In this document: positions 11,671 through 24,149 of the stretch, piece by piece
How the letters are laid out: every line of letters starts with the position of its first letter
How positions within the stretch are numbered: position 1 is the stretch's first letter
Origin: Callorhinchus milii
Lineage: Eukaryota
Direction: 5' to 3'
Length of the DNA: 64,000 nucleotides
NCBI RefSeq assembly: GCF_018977255.1
Contig: NW_024704743.1
Span: 115,756,001-115,820,000 of the forward strand
Program-made: the position numbers and the translations under genes
Notes under the pieces: model-generated
Told to the model about the DNA's origin: nothing
What the model saw: only the letters and a program-made list of their open reading frames with translations
Database searches by the model: none

Positions 11671-14345
11671 CATGGGTGCCGTTTCACCCATCAGTACAAA
11701 TCTGCCCCAGTGTTATATTTTTTCTCCACACGAGGAGCCTAATCTACTGTCTCTTCAACAGAGTCTGTGGCTGTAAATACTTATCTAAGATGATATTGCC
11801 AAGTGACCCTGACCTCACCTATCTTCACTTACCGACATTCGCTGGAAGGTGAGGAGGGATCTGCCCGCAAAAGCCGCCGGTTGAATCTCATGTTGAGTTT
11901 GTGTCTGAACAATTTGTACATGAGATTACAGTGCACTAGCAATGCTAATGTGTCAGATATCAAAGAGGCAGGAGGTTGAGTGCAAGACCCAAAGAGGTCA
12001 CTGACTGGAGCAGGGAGAGGATAGGAAAGTGAAGGGGATGAAAGCGGAGAAACAGCAGGAGGGAGACTGACAAACTGAGACAGGTGTGAGGGGGAGGCCA
12101 GGGGAGAGAGAAACAGGAGACTGTAACAAACTGAGAACAGAGAGGAGGATCGTAACACAATAATCCAATAATAATCCTTGCATTTGATTTAGCTCTCTAA
12201 AATAGAAATGTTACTGTTAAATGTAGTGATTGTGTTTTGTAGAGGTTGTCTGGTCACAGGTTCATAGCGTTAAATTTGGAGTGTTTTTTTAATGTTATTA
12301 AAGGTTCAGTCACAAATTACACAGCCACGGCACTTTACAGTATATCTTTTGTAGTGTTTTGGGACACCCTCCCAATGTGAAAGGGACTATTCCAAATGTA
12401 AGGATTGTCATTAAAACAGTTTGTTCAAAATCTCTATATCCACAAAGTCTCCGAGCTAGGGTTACTGTGATCACCTGTGAAGCAGCATTCAAGTAATAAG
12501 GTGCTGAGCAAATGCAAGGATAATTATATTATTACTATAGTTGGACAGTAAAATACTAAAACCAAATTTATAATTTTCAGCTGGAACAGACTATTCCTGC
12601 AGTGCAAAACGGGAGACTTTTTGGTGGGTGAACATGGGCTTGTTCTCAGAGGTGCCATCCTTTGGACGAGATATTAAAGAAAGGAATCTCTCTTGTTCCC
12701 TTTGATCGCAAAGCTATGCAGGCTGAAATTCCGCAAGAGACTAGGCTTCTACTAGCTTTTCTTAGCATTTCGCAGTATCCAAAACTTGTTGAATTGTTTA
12801 ATTTTGAGGCTGTTTTTACTAAATTTCAGACTGAATTTAAGAATTTGCTAAGTTCTGGATACTATAAAATGTGAATAGCTGAAGTCTAGACCCAGGAAAG
12901 GTCTAGAGTGAATTTCAGTACAAGTCAGCACTGGGAGAAGATTGGAGGGGCAAAATATAAAATAAAGTTGTTTTAAAAAAAATTGTAAACATGTACAAAC
13001 ATGTACAAGCACATAGATGCAAACACAAATAAACATGGAGCACATACACATTGCAGAATTTGAATGTTTTTTGACCAGTTGGTTTCGCCAGCATTGCTTG
13101 TGGGTTTGCAGGTGTCGAGAGTACAAAAGCCTGAGAAAGTTTGCAAATGAAGGGCGTCTTATTTACAAATGAAATGATACATGATGCAAATATGTGGTGC
13201 GCCTGGCGGACTATTTCTTTGAATCCATTGATCAGCAGAATAACTAGTATTGGAAATGCCCACCTCAGGGAGGTTTTCGCTGACACAGTGGAAGAGGTTG
13301 CGTAACTTCACTAAGTGCAAAACTTGGAAGAGTGTTTATGTGTTCCTAGCACAGATAAAAAGTTCTGGGTGTAGCTGCTGTATGTTATATCAGCCTGTGA
13401 TAGAGCCTGGCGGCGGTAACAAAGGAAATCCTGTGAATGAGATTAGACTGCTGGATAGTGTTAATTACACAACTCGGGGGCCCACTATTCCATCTAATCT
13501 AAACCTATACAATTATTTTACCTTACAAATTTTACCATGTTGCAGAACTGTAGAAAATTCCTCATTTCAGTCTTAATTTGGAAGCTGTTTTTTCTCTAAC
13601 GGAAACATGTCAAATTAAGACTGAGTTCGGAAGATCCTGCACCATCTTAAATTTTAAGATAAAGTAGTCGTACAGGCGAAAGTTAAATTTCAGATCTTTG
13701 ATCTTAAGATGTAAAATCGCACAGAACTGTAGAATTCTTCAATTCTGTCTTAATTTGGAAGCTGGTGACTTTAAAGGAAGGAAACCCAACATTTAAATTT
13801 GGTGGTTGAAGCAGAATCCCTAATATTCCTTTAAAGGGCATTAGTGAAATATTTGAGCACAAAATATAAATTTTGAGGAAAAGGTGTGGAAGTAAAAGGT
13901 GAGCTCTATTATTAGTTTTCCAAGACAAAATTGAGTTATGAGCTCAGACTGGGTAGACTTTTAAGGCCTCTGAATCACTACAATATCATAGCATTTATAT
14001 TTATAGTACTTTTCAGGTCTCAAACTGCATTCACAGTGCTGGATGGGTACCCAAGCTGGGAGCCGAGGATGGGGTTGGAGAGTGGGCAGGGAATGATGAC
14101 TAACAGCATGGCCAAGAGGTACATTTTGAGATGTGGCTTGTAAGAAGGGAGGAAGTTGGATGGAGTTCCACAGAGCGAGGGCAGAATGGCTGTCGATGGT
14201 GGGGATTTCAGCAACAAACCCACATGTTTCCTGAAGTTGTTCCACATAATTGGGGTGCTTTTTTTCTCACGCTGAAAGTTTTCCTGCGAGAATCTCGCAC
14301 CTGCATTGTTCACGCAATGCTTTCAGGGTTGGTTGGTGCGCTGAG

Positions 14346-14715
14346 GAGTCCTGTAGCTCAGTAGTTAGAGCACTTGCCTCATAAGGGAGACCTGGGTTCG
14401 ATTCCTGGCAAGGCAAAACGTTGGGCAAGTTTCCTTACTTCGCACACCTCTGTTTACCTAGCAATAAGTAGGAACCTGGTTGTTAATCGATTGGTGGATC
14501 CGGCGGTAATGATTCCTTGAAAATTTTTTTTTAAAAAACATTGGTCACTCAGTCCATGACTGTTTGTGGGACATTGCTGTGTGCAATTGGCTGCTGTGTT
14601 TTAATCATAAAAATATACAGTCAATTCACTTTACAGTATATTCTGTGCAGTGCTTTGAGACGTCTCGAAGATGTGATAATGCGCTATATCAAATGCAAGG
14701 ATTATTATTATTATT
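14346..14715 (+). mobile_element. SINE family A, long form
   Basis: gagtcctgtagctcag head through (ATT)n tail. Confidence 0.9.
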
Positions 14716-15059
14716 TGAGCTATTGCATAATATGGCAGCGCTGCCTTTGTGAGATTGGCTGAAGTATTCAGCAGATCCTGGAGGCACCGTGTGTAGAATG
14801 TCTGGCTGACCCTTTATTGAGGACCTCCTTTACAAATTACATTTTTGTATAGCGCCGTTCACGTCAGGATGACGTCCTAAAGCGCTGGACAGTCAGGGTC
14901 CACACCCGAGCTGGTGGTTGGGATGAGGATGGGTGGAGGGCGGGGAGGGTAAAGGTAGGAGGGTGACCGAAGGCACGGTCGAAAAGGAGGGTCTTGAGAT
15001 GGGTCTTGAAGGAGGCTTTGGCTGTGATGGTAATACTTCAAAATAATCCTTGCGTTCGA

Positions 15060-15482
15060 TAGCCAGGCTCCTCTAGCTCCCAATCACTGAACAGATCAAC
15101 TTCAGATCCTCATACTTGTGTTCAAATCCCTTCACTCTCTGGCACCTTCCTACATCTCCGACCTCTTCACTTCCCAATCCACCACCCGGCACCTCCACTT
15201 GATTGGCACTGGATTCCTGCTTGTCCCTCACACCCTCTGCCCCACCATCGGAGGTCGCGCTTTCAGCCACTATGCCCCGAAACTCTAGAACACTCTCCCT
15301 CAATCCCTCCGCATTGTCCCCTCTCTCCGCTTTTTCAAGTCCCGCCTGAAAACCTTTCTCTTCAACCAGGCATACAGCCACATCCCCCCCGGCTTGCAGT
15401 CAGGTTCCGCCACCATTAAGCGTTCCAAGACTCTACCCTGTGTGGAGGGCACTATGTAAGTGCAAGTTGTTGTTGTTGTTGA
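15060..15482 (+). mobile_element. L2 LINE 3' fragment
   Basis: accatcggaggtcgcgctttcagccac motif and (TTG)n tail. Confidence 0.85.
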
Positions 15483-16484
15483 TGCTTGTTCTCCACTTCC
15501 TTGGTTCCACTGTTGGTGGCCAAACTCGAGCCACTACACTCCCACACGTTGGAGCTCTCTCCCAAAATCCCTTCACTTTGTACCTCTCTCCTTGCTTTCA
15601 AAGCTCTTTTAAAAACCTTGGGTCAGGAACATTAAACATTCCCTTTTTACCATCCTGCTTGCTGATTCCCTTTGTCAAGTGGTTCGAGCAGTTTTACCTG
15701 CATGAAAGGCACTTTGAATGTTAAATGTTTATCTTGTCATTTTGGTGGCATCAAAAAATATATAGGCAACTCATTGTACAGTACATTCTGCGAAGCACTT
15801 TGAGAAGACTCGAAGACGCGATAATGCGCTGTATCAAATGCAGATATTATTTTTATCAAGGGTCTGTGCGCCATTTAAAGATGCGAGTTCAGGGGGTTTG
15901 CTCCCACCATGTTCATTTCTCCACACCGGATAAGAGTAGAAGGCATTGCATTACCCCTTTCACTGGAATGATAAGATGCACAGTTACTGGGGTACTGAAA
16001 ATGATCAGTTGCTTTATTGCCAATTTCTTTACTGGATCACTTTCATCCTGTTTAGATAGCAAGTGGGTAACTGCAGGAAAGTGAGCAGTTGGCTCCGCTC
16101 TGGACTCTGCAGTGGGGATTTTAGGTTTTATTAGATTTGAGTTTGGACTCCGAGAATTCTGGCTTCTTGGCCTTTTGACCTGAGGGGTGGAGCTAGAAGC
16201 AGCTGTCTCTTTTTACTGTCATTGTAAAAGTCAAATGCGCTGCTGGTTTGCGGAGACCGTCCATTCAGTGGAGAGTGCAGTTTGATGCTGAGAGACGGTG
16301 GGACCAGGGGCTCAGACACAAACCGTCCCCCAAAAACGAATGGAAAGGGCCAAAGAGGAATCCCTCGGAGCTCGGACTGGTCCAGGAGGCTACTGGTAAG
16401 GAGACTGGATCCCTGACCAGGGAATATCGGCAAAGATTCTACATATTGTAGATTCCGATTGTCAGAAAGAGTCTTTTTGGATTT

Positions 16485-16775
16485 GTGTGTGTGTGTGCGT
16501 ATGCATACATGCTTGTATGTGAACATGTATGGATACGCGTCAATGCATTTGTGAGTCTGGATGTGTATATAACGTATTGAGTTTGTGTTTACGCAAACAG
16601 GTGTGCGTGTGCATTTATGTGAATCCACACTTGTATGGAAACATGTGCACATGTGTGTGTTCATGAGTATATGTGGCCAGGTGTGCATGGGTTTCCATGT
16701 GAGTGTGGGTAGGTGAACACGTGTGTGGTGTGTGTTTGTGTGTGTATCTTCACGTGTGCGCATGTGTGCATGTCC
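16485..16775. repeat. Degenerate (GT/AT)n microsatellite
   Basis: Alternating purine-pyrimidine tract. Confidence 0.9.
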
Positions 16776-16794
16776 TGTCCCATTAATCATAATA

Positions 16795-17135
16795 TAATAG
16801 CAATCCTTGCATTTGATATAGCGACTTATCACATCTTTGAGATGTCTCAAAGCACTTCACAGAATATACTGTAAAGTGAATTGACTGAGTATTTTCTGGG
16901 CGAAACGCGGCAGCCAATATGCACACAGCAGGGTCCCACAAACAGTCATAGATTGAGTATCCAAATTATTATTTTAAAAAAATAATTTGAACAAATATTT
17001 ACCCCTGGAAAAGTGATCCGCCAATCGACTAACAACCGGGTTCCTACTTGCTGCGAGATAAACAGAGGTGTGTGGAGTAAGGAAACTTGCCTAAGATTTC
17101 ATCCTGCCCAGGAATCGAACCCAGGTCCTCTAACC
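16795..17135 (-). mobile_element. SINE family A, long form
   Basis: Similar to the 21855 copy. Confidence 0.85.
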
Positions 17136-19149
17136 ACGAAACTGGAGGTCTCCACCTACAAAAACTCCATTGTTCCAGTTCTACTGAACATACTGGTGGG
17201 GTGGGGGGGCGGGGTGGTGGGAGAGGAAGCACGGACATTACAGCTGAGTTTGATTCTGATGTCTGCACCGAGTGGGAATCTCTGGATAGAGATTAGGAGT
17301 GAGGATTCTGGTTACTGCTCTGGATGAGATTAGCTAAATCAATACAGACCGGGATTGGAGTCTTGTGATCTTCTGGTCAGCAGGGCACAGTGCTACAACA
17401 GGCGGTGGGGTGGGGGCGGTGCAAAAGCTTAAAAGCACCAACTCAGAAACTTCAAGAACACAACGTATGCAGAAAATAATAATAATAATCCTTGCATTTG
17501 ATGTTGCGCCGTATCACATCATTGAGACATCTCAAAAAGCTCCACTGGATTTTAACTGTCAAAAATAGTGAATGTGTATTATAAGTCAACACAGCAGTCA
17601 ATTTGTGCGCAGCAGTGTCTCACAAAGTGTCAGAGGTTGAACTGTCTGCCTGTTTAGGGGGATGTTAAAAGTATCTTATCAAGGTGAATTGTCTTAAAGT
17701 ACTTAGCGAGCAAATATTGCACTGATAAGACATTTTCTCCAGCAGAGTAAAATATGAGATAAATCGAGAAATTATTGGCAGGTGTCAAGCTTGGGTCTTG
17801 ATACTTGAGTTGCCGCTTTCACCTACAAATACGCACTCACTGCACTTGACACAAAACTCTTTGGGGCATTCAGGCATTCTTGATGTGATAAGGCAAGGAT
17901 TATTTTATTATCATTAAAAACTTGTCACTTTTCTTCTTTTTTTAAACAATTAGGAATTTTGTAGGAAAAAAACACATTTCAATTTCCGTACAGCAAAGTC
18001 CCACAAAAGGTTATGCGGAGCCTGATCAATTATTCCCCCTTCTCTTTTTGAATGATCTTGAAGGATCTTTAAAGTTCACACGGAACCTCGGTTCATCTTC
18101 TCACTCAAAGCATAACACCTACAATAAATAACACAGCACTCCCTCAGCATTGCATTAGAGTGTCACACTGAGCTCGTAAGATCAATCGTATCAAATGTAA
18201 TTGGAGATAAATACCATTGACTGGTTCTATATCGGGAATAAATAGCACACTGCTGAAATAGCCCATGGATCTGGAGAATGGGTTCGATATCAAATTCCTT
18301 GTCGGAAATCCAAACTGTTGGTGTTGCTATAATTAGCAAAAGCCCCCAGGGTGTGAAGATTGCCCACAGGATCCTTTGGTTCCATTATCCACAATCCAGT
18401 GTTTCAAGGCTACACAGCATCAATGAGGAACATCGTATACTTTGAAAAGACTATGCTTTTATTACCATAATGGGAGGAAAGGGAAAAATGTCACATGGTG
18501 ATATTATCACCATGATAATTATCTAATTGACCCAAAGATGTAGTCAATTGATTGAGAGATATGAAGCGTACAGAGTAAATGGGGCATTGGGGTAATGTTC
18601 CCTGCTAGGACACCACCAGTGGCATGACAGTCTGCAAGAACCCAACTCGCAAGAAGTGATCTGAAGTGAACTAATTTCTTGCCAGTACAGCAGAACCACA
18701 GAAATGTACATCACAGATGGAGGCCATTTGGCTTATCATGCCTATACTTTATTTTTAATGAGTGAGGTTAGTCCTGCTCACTCATTAACTGAATTAAACC
18801 AAAATGTTCCACTTTGGGAATGGGCTTATCCACACCAGATAAACTCTAATCCCCCAAACTCTTCTAGGCCACAAATTATCAAAAGGACAATGCAAACCTG
18901 AACCATGTTTCCACTACCACTTGAGCAAGTCAGGTGCCAAAGGATTGCCTCTCCGGCAGGGCAGGCCCGGCCTGAGCCGAGTGACCAAGTGCTCAAGTGC
19001 ATTCCGAGTTCAGCTCTCTGTTTAGACTCATTCACTTGTTTTCCCTGTGGAATTGGTGTGATGTTTTCCTGGCAAGTGTTTTTTTTCACGCCCCCTCTCA
19101 AGCCTTAAGCGTTTAACTTTGCAAATGGTCAGATGGATGTTAGTGGGTT

Positions 19150-19870
19150 TGAACAACAATGATTTGTACTTATATAGATAGCCCGCTCATGTGGGGAAAA
19201 TATCTCAAAGCTCTTTACAAGGACTTAATAGGAGCCCGTGCTGAGAGGAGACAGGAGGAATGGGGGGAAGTGGCCAAAAGTGCCATCAAAGAGGTAGGTT
19301 CTTAGATGGGTTTTGAAAGCCAAGAGGGAAAGGGCGAGGCTGAGGGATTTCGGAAGAGTTCCAGAGGGAGGAGACAAAGTGGCTTAAAGCTCATCTGACG
19401 ATTGTTGGGTGGAGTGCATGAAGCACGCCAGAGTTAGTGGAATGAAGGGGGTGGTTGTGGAATAGGGATGCAGGAGGTTGCTGAGTTAGGGTGGAGCAAG
19501 ACAATGGAGGCATTTAAAGATAAGGACAAGGATCTTAAAGCTGACCCACTGGGGTTTAGGGGGCCAGTAGAGCTAGGCGAGAATTAGTGATGGGCTCGTA
19601 GAACTATTATGGGAGAGGATGCTGGCTGAGAAGTTCTGGAGTTTGTGCAGGCTGGCAAACAAGGCTTGAAAAATTGAGTCTGGAGATGACAAAGGCATGG
19701 ATAAGGTTTCAGCTGTGCGGGTGATGAGGCAGGGTGGGAAAAGAAGGCAATTCAGTGGAGACGAAAGAAAGCAGACGAGGTCAGAACTCAGATCAAAGAT
19801 TTGAAGGAGAATTGAGGGTGGAACAAAATGCGTAAGTTCTGTACAGGCTCACAGAGTTGGAGTGAGCCTA
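19150..19870 (-). mobile_element. Older L2 LINE 3' fragment
   Basis: Degenerate reverse complement of the L2 ORF2 C-terminus and tail. Confidence 0.7.
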
Positions 19871-20939
19871 AGGGAATGTTCATGTGGTCGGTGCCTGTGG
19901 TGATGTGGTGCTGCTCGCACAGGCATCTGTAGTGTATCCTGACCTGTGCAAGTCACTGAGAGGTTAAACACCTCTCACTCTGTGAAGTGGTGAACGGCAA
20001 AACCCTGAAAATTAACACCCATGAAGACCTTTTGATCGCAGCCCTGTAAATCTGTTCCATTTCCTTGCTGGTAAGTGGAATCTGCAGTCCACATATAACC
20101 ATCCCCCTCCCCTCCGCCACTCCTCCCTCTGGGCTTTCTGTGGAGGGAAGATGAATGAAGAACCACAATCTATTTAGGCTTCAATGAAAACCATTTACGG
20201 AATGAAATCCTTGTAGCCTTATTTTATAAAGAGGGAAGTGGGAAGAGCTAAGAGGCTGCCCCAACTTTCAGGCACTCTTTAGTGTAATTAAACCTGGAGA
20301 TAGAGAGAATGCAGCTGCTGCAAACTAACATGGTTATCCTGATGAGATAGGGTCGGTCTCCATTTAATTTGGTTCTGTGCCTCGATGAAGAACAAAGAAT
20401 GTACACATCGTACCTACAAAGAGAGGCAGTGTGTCTGATGAAGTGCTCTTGTGTTGAGGAAACGAGTTAGTAAAGCCCATGGGAGCTCAACAACTGAATC
20501 TGGTTGATTGAAGCCCGGATCCATGAAGGCATGAAGCATACAGCATATATCTCTATCTATGTGTGTGCGTATGTATATGTATATAATATATATATAAAAG
20601 CAGCTCAGCCACTGAATGAAATGGGAGAGAATCCAGGATGGCAATATCTACCAGGTTTCCTCACACTACTTCCAAAGAGGTTTGTGTTTTCTCTTTCCCT
20701 AGTTTATTGCTTATATGAACCATTAGGAATAGTGTATTGGAAACAAATGTGTACTAGAAGTATTGAGTTGTGGATGCTGATTGTGTTCATTGCACTGAGA
20801 TTATAACATTTTATTTGTACTTCATGGTAGTTATTGCCTTTGAGTTTCCCATATTCTCCTTACCTTGATATGTATCTCCTTACCTTGATGTGTACCTCCA
20901 TGGTTGCACACTACAACTCACCAAGCCAGTAGGAACCTA

Positions 20940-21660
20940 GATGTCTTGTTCGACCCTCAACTGTCTTTTCTTCCCCACATCAAGCCATGCCCCGCTTTGC
21001 CTTCCCTCTAGATCATCGCCCGACTCCGCCACGATCTCACCCCTCAGGCCTCTGAAACTCTTGTTCATGCCTTCATCACCTCCAGGTTTGACGATGCAAA
21101 TGCTGCTTGTCGGCCTTCCCAACTCCTCCCTCCACAGGCTGCAGATAATCCAGAACTCTGCAGCCCGTCTCCTCTCTCGCACCAAACTCCGTGACCCCAT
21201 CTCCCCAACTCTCGCCCGACTCCACTGGCTCCCTATCCTTCAGAGGAGCCAGTTCAAGATCCTGGTCCTCACCTACAAAGTCCTCCATAGCCTCGCCCCA
21301 CCCTACCTCTGCGACCTCCTAAGCCCCTACCAACCCACCCGTTCTCTCCTCTCAGCCGGCTCTGGCCTGCTCCACGTCCCCTGACCCACCTGCCCCACCA
21401 TTGGCAGGAGAGCCTTCAGCCACTCTGCCCCCAACCTCTGGAATTCCATTCCCCAGTCACTCTGCCTCGCCCCCTCCTTAGCCTCTTTCAAGTCCCGCCT
21501 CAAGACCCTCCTTTTCGACCATGCCATCGGCCACCCCCCTTCCCCTCCCCTCCTTTACCCCCCTCAACCCCAGCTCGGGTCTGAAATGCTGTACTCTGTC
21601 CAGCGCCTTGGGACGTCCTCCCGACGTGAAAGGCGCTATACAAATGTAATGTTGTTGTTG
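20940..21660 (+). mobile_element. L2 LINE 3' fragment
   Basis: LHRLQIIQNSAARLL...LARLHWLPI...FKILVLTYK; stem-loop tail and (TTG)n. Confidence 0.92.
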
Positions 21661-21854
21661 ATGTGATGTTGGGTGATGTAGTGGTGCAAAAAGGTATTAA
21701 AATTTGGGCTTTGCCCTAGTTAGCTACCGAAGCTGAGAACTAAGCAACATTTTAATGGTCATTGGATAAGTATTTGAAGAGAAATAATTCTAGAAGGGTT
21801 TGGGGAAAGAGGAAGGATTAAGTATGTAACTGGAGGAAGAGATGGGCCAAATCA

Positions 21855-22221
21855 TAATAATAATCCTTGTAATTGATATAATGCCTTATCACGTCTACAA
21901 GACATCTCAAAGCGCTTCACAGAATATACTGTAAAGTGAATTGACTGTATATTTTGTGGACGAACCGTGGCAGACAATTGCGCACAGCAGTGTCCCACAA
22001 ACAGTCATGGATTGAGTGACCAAATTATAGTTTTTTTTAAAGGAATTATTACCTCCGGAAAAGCGATATGCCAATCGACTAACAATCGGATTCCTACTTA
22101 GTGCTAGATAAACAGAGGCGTGTGGATTAAGGAAACTTGCCCAACGTTTCGTCCTGCTGGGAATCGAACTAAGGTCTCTCGCTTGTGAGGCGAGTGCTCT
22201 AATTACTGAGCTACAGGACTC
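21855..22221 (-). mobile_element. SINE family A, long form, full length
   Basis: Head ...gagctacaggactc, tail ataataatccttg. Confidence 0.9.
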
Positions 22222-22789
22222 CATCATCATCTTCTGTGATTGCTATGTTTGTAAAGAAGCTAATTCCACCCACTCACATTAGGGTGGAAAATATAGTATT
22301 TCACCAGTGATAACTATTGCATCATGTACCTAATTTTTCAACCCATCGGTTGCAAAGTTTGGAAATGTGACAGTGCAGTAATGTTAAATCCTATACTTAA
22401 TTACTTGTGTTCCACTGGATGACTGTTCTCATCTTTACTGTGGTTTCACTTCAAGCACCAACTTGCGACTCATTTTAACTTGGTGTTTTGTTGTAAGGAT
22501 TAGATCAAATGATCCAAAAAAGGGTCGTCTTCATCGTAATCTGTCTTGTGAAAATCGAAATTATAAATGCACAAGATTATTCCAGGCTGGTAATAGGAAT
22601 CTACATTCATTTAATGTCTTTCACATCACCCGACTGAATGTTATACCATTCAGATTGATGTCAAGCTGTTTGTTTTTACAATTTAAAATTATATTAGTGG
22701 TCATTCACTTTTGATAAAGCAATGTATCAAATGTTAGAAGTTGTATTCTTGGCTCTAATTCATGGCAGTGCCATTGGTTTATTTTTAGA

Positions 22790-23057
22790 CTTACCATCGG
22801 CGGTTGGGCCTTCAGTTCCTCTGCCCCCATCTTCATCCCATGGCCCCTTTGTCTTGCTCCCTCCCTTACCTCCTTCAAAACAAGTCTCAAGACCCTCCTC
22901 TTCGACCGCACATTCAGCCACCCTCTTACCCCTACCCTGCCTGCCCTCCACAACCCCTGATCCCTGCTCGGGTCAAAATCCCAGACTGTCCAGAGCCTCA
23001 GGATGTCCTCTCGATGTGAAAGGCGCTATACAAATGTAATTTGTTGCTGTTGTTGTT
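22790..23057 (+). mobile_element. L2 3' end
   Basis: Similar to the 21390-21660 segment. Confidence 0.8.
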
Positions 23058-23829
23058 ATTGACACTCCAGTGCTGCGCTGGGAGAGGGGGGGAATTACTG
23101 TGTTGTAGGAGGTGGTGTTCTTCAGATTAAATATTGATCTGAAAAATTGTGGGAGTGCTCTTTGACTTTGCTGAGGAGGATAACCAGGTGGCCTGCAGAT
23201 TTAGTGGAAGAGAATAGTTGTAAGTTTATTTTTGCTGTTTAGAGATGGAAGGAAAAGAGGCAGATAACGCAGCTGAGCTTGGTGCTTTGCTGTGATGTCT
23301 GTCTCCTCAGGTGGATGCTATAGATCCCTTGACACTAGTCAAAAAGAGAAGAGATTTTCTTCCAGTGTCCCAGCCAAGGGTTCCCTCAGCAAAATCCCAG
23401 CGTTCAGAGGACAGAAATTTCGCTCGATCTCAGCCGGTCAGGCCATTTTGACTTAAAATGTAAGATGGTGAAGAATTGTGGAAACTGTTTAAATTCAGTC
23501 CTAAATTTGGCTCTTTGCAAGAAACAATATCTAAATTTAGACAGATTAAACATTTTACACAGTTTCTCCTATGTTTAACTCTTAAGATAACATGTTTTAC
23601 CGTCTAAGATTGGGTGGAACTTCAGGCTAGAATTTATTCTCTTCCCCCCCACGCACTCCTTTATCGTGGATAACAGTGGCCTGGTAGGATGCAGATTATG
23701 TGGTGTAATAACACAAGGAAGCCTTAGAAATTCCCTATGAAACAAATATTTTTGTTTTCAAATTGTAACTGTATTGTAGGATCTGTGCTGCCTCCTTTTA
23801 ATTTGATTTGTGCTGCATTATATTACTAA

Positions 23830-24149
23830 TAATTTGATATAGCGCCTTATCACGTGGTTAAGATGTCTCAAAGTGCTTCACAGAATATTTTGTGAATTGG
23901 ATTCACTTGTATATTTTGCGGGCAAAATGCGGCAGCCAGTTGTGCGTAGCAGTGTCCCACAAACATCATGAACTGAGTGATCTAATTTTATTTTTGAAGT
24001 GATTATTACCCCAGGAACGTGATCCACCAATCGACTACAACCAGGTTCCTACTTACTGCTAGTTAAACAGGGGCGTGTGGAGTAAGGAAATTTGCATAAG
24101 CTTTCACCCCGTCCAGGAATCAAAACTTGCTAAACTGTTGCAGGACTCC
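23830..24149 (-). mobile_element. SINE family A, long form with a deletion in the head
   Basis: Body similar to other copies. Confidence 0.8.

Noticed and set aside
11884..11927. 10-bp inverted repeat aatctcatgt/acatgagatt near a minus-strand GTAAGT donor at about 11831
   Set aside because: Interior pairing is poor and no partner exon is evident; compatible with chance
16131..16850. 239-aa His/Thr-rich ORF (and similar ORFs at 5093-5539 and 54514-54813)
   Set aside because: Produced by (GT/CA)n microsatellites and SINE sequence
18270..18420. Faint resemblance on the minus strand to a Penelope GIY-YIG C-terminus (KEFDIEPIL)
   Set aside because: Too short and degenerate to support by eye
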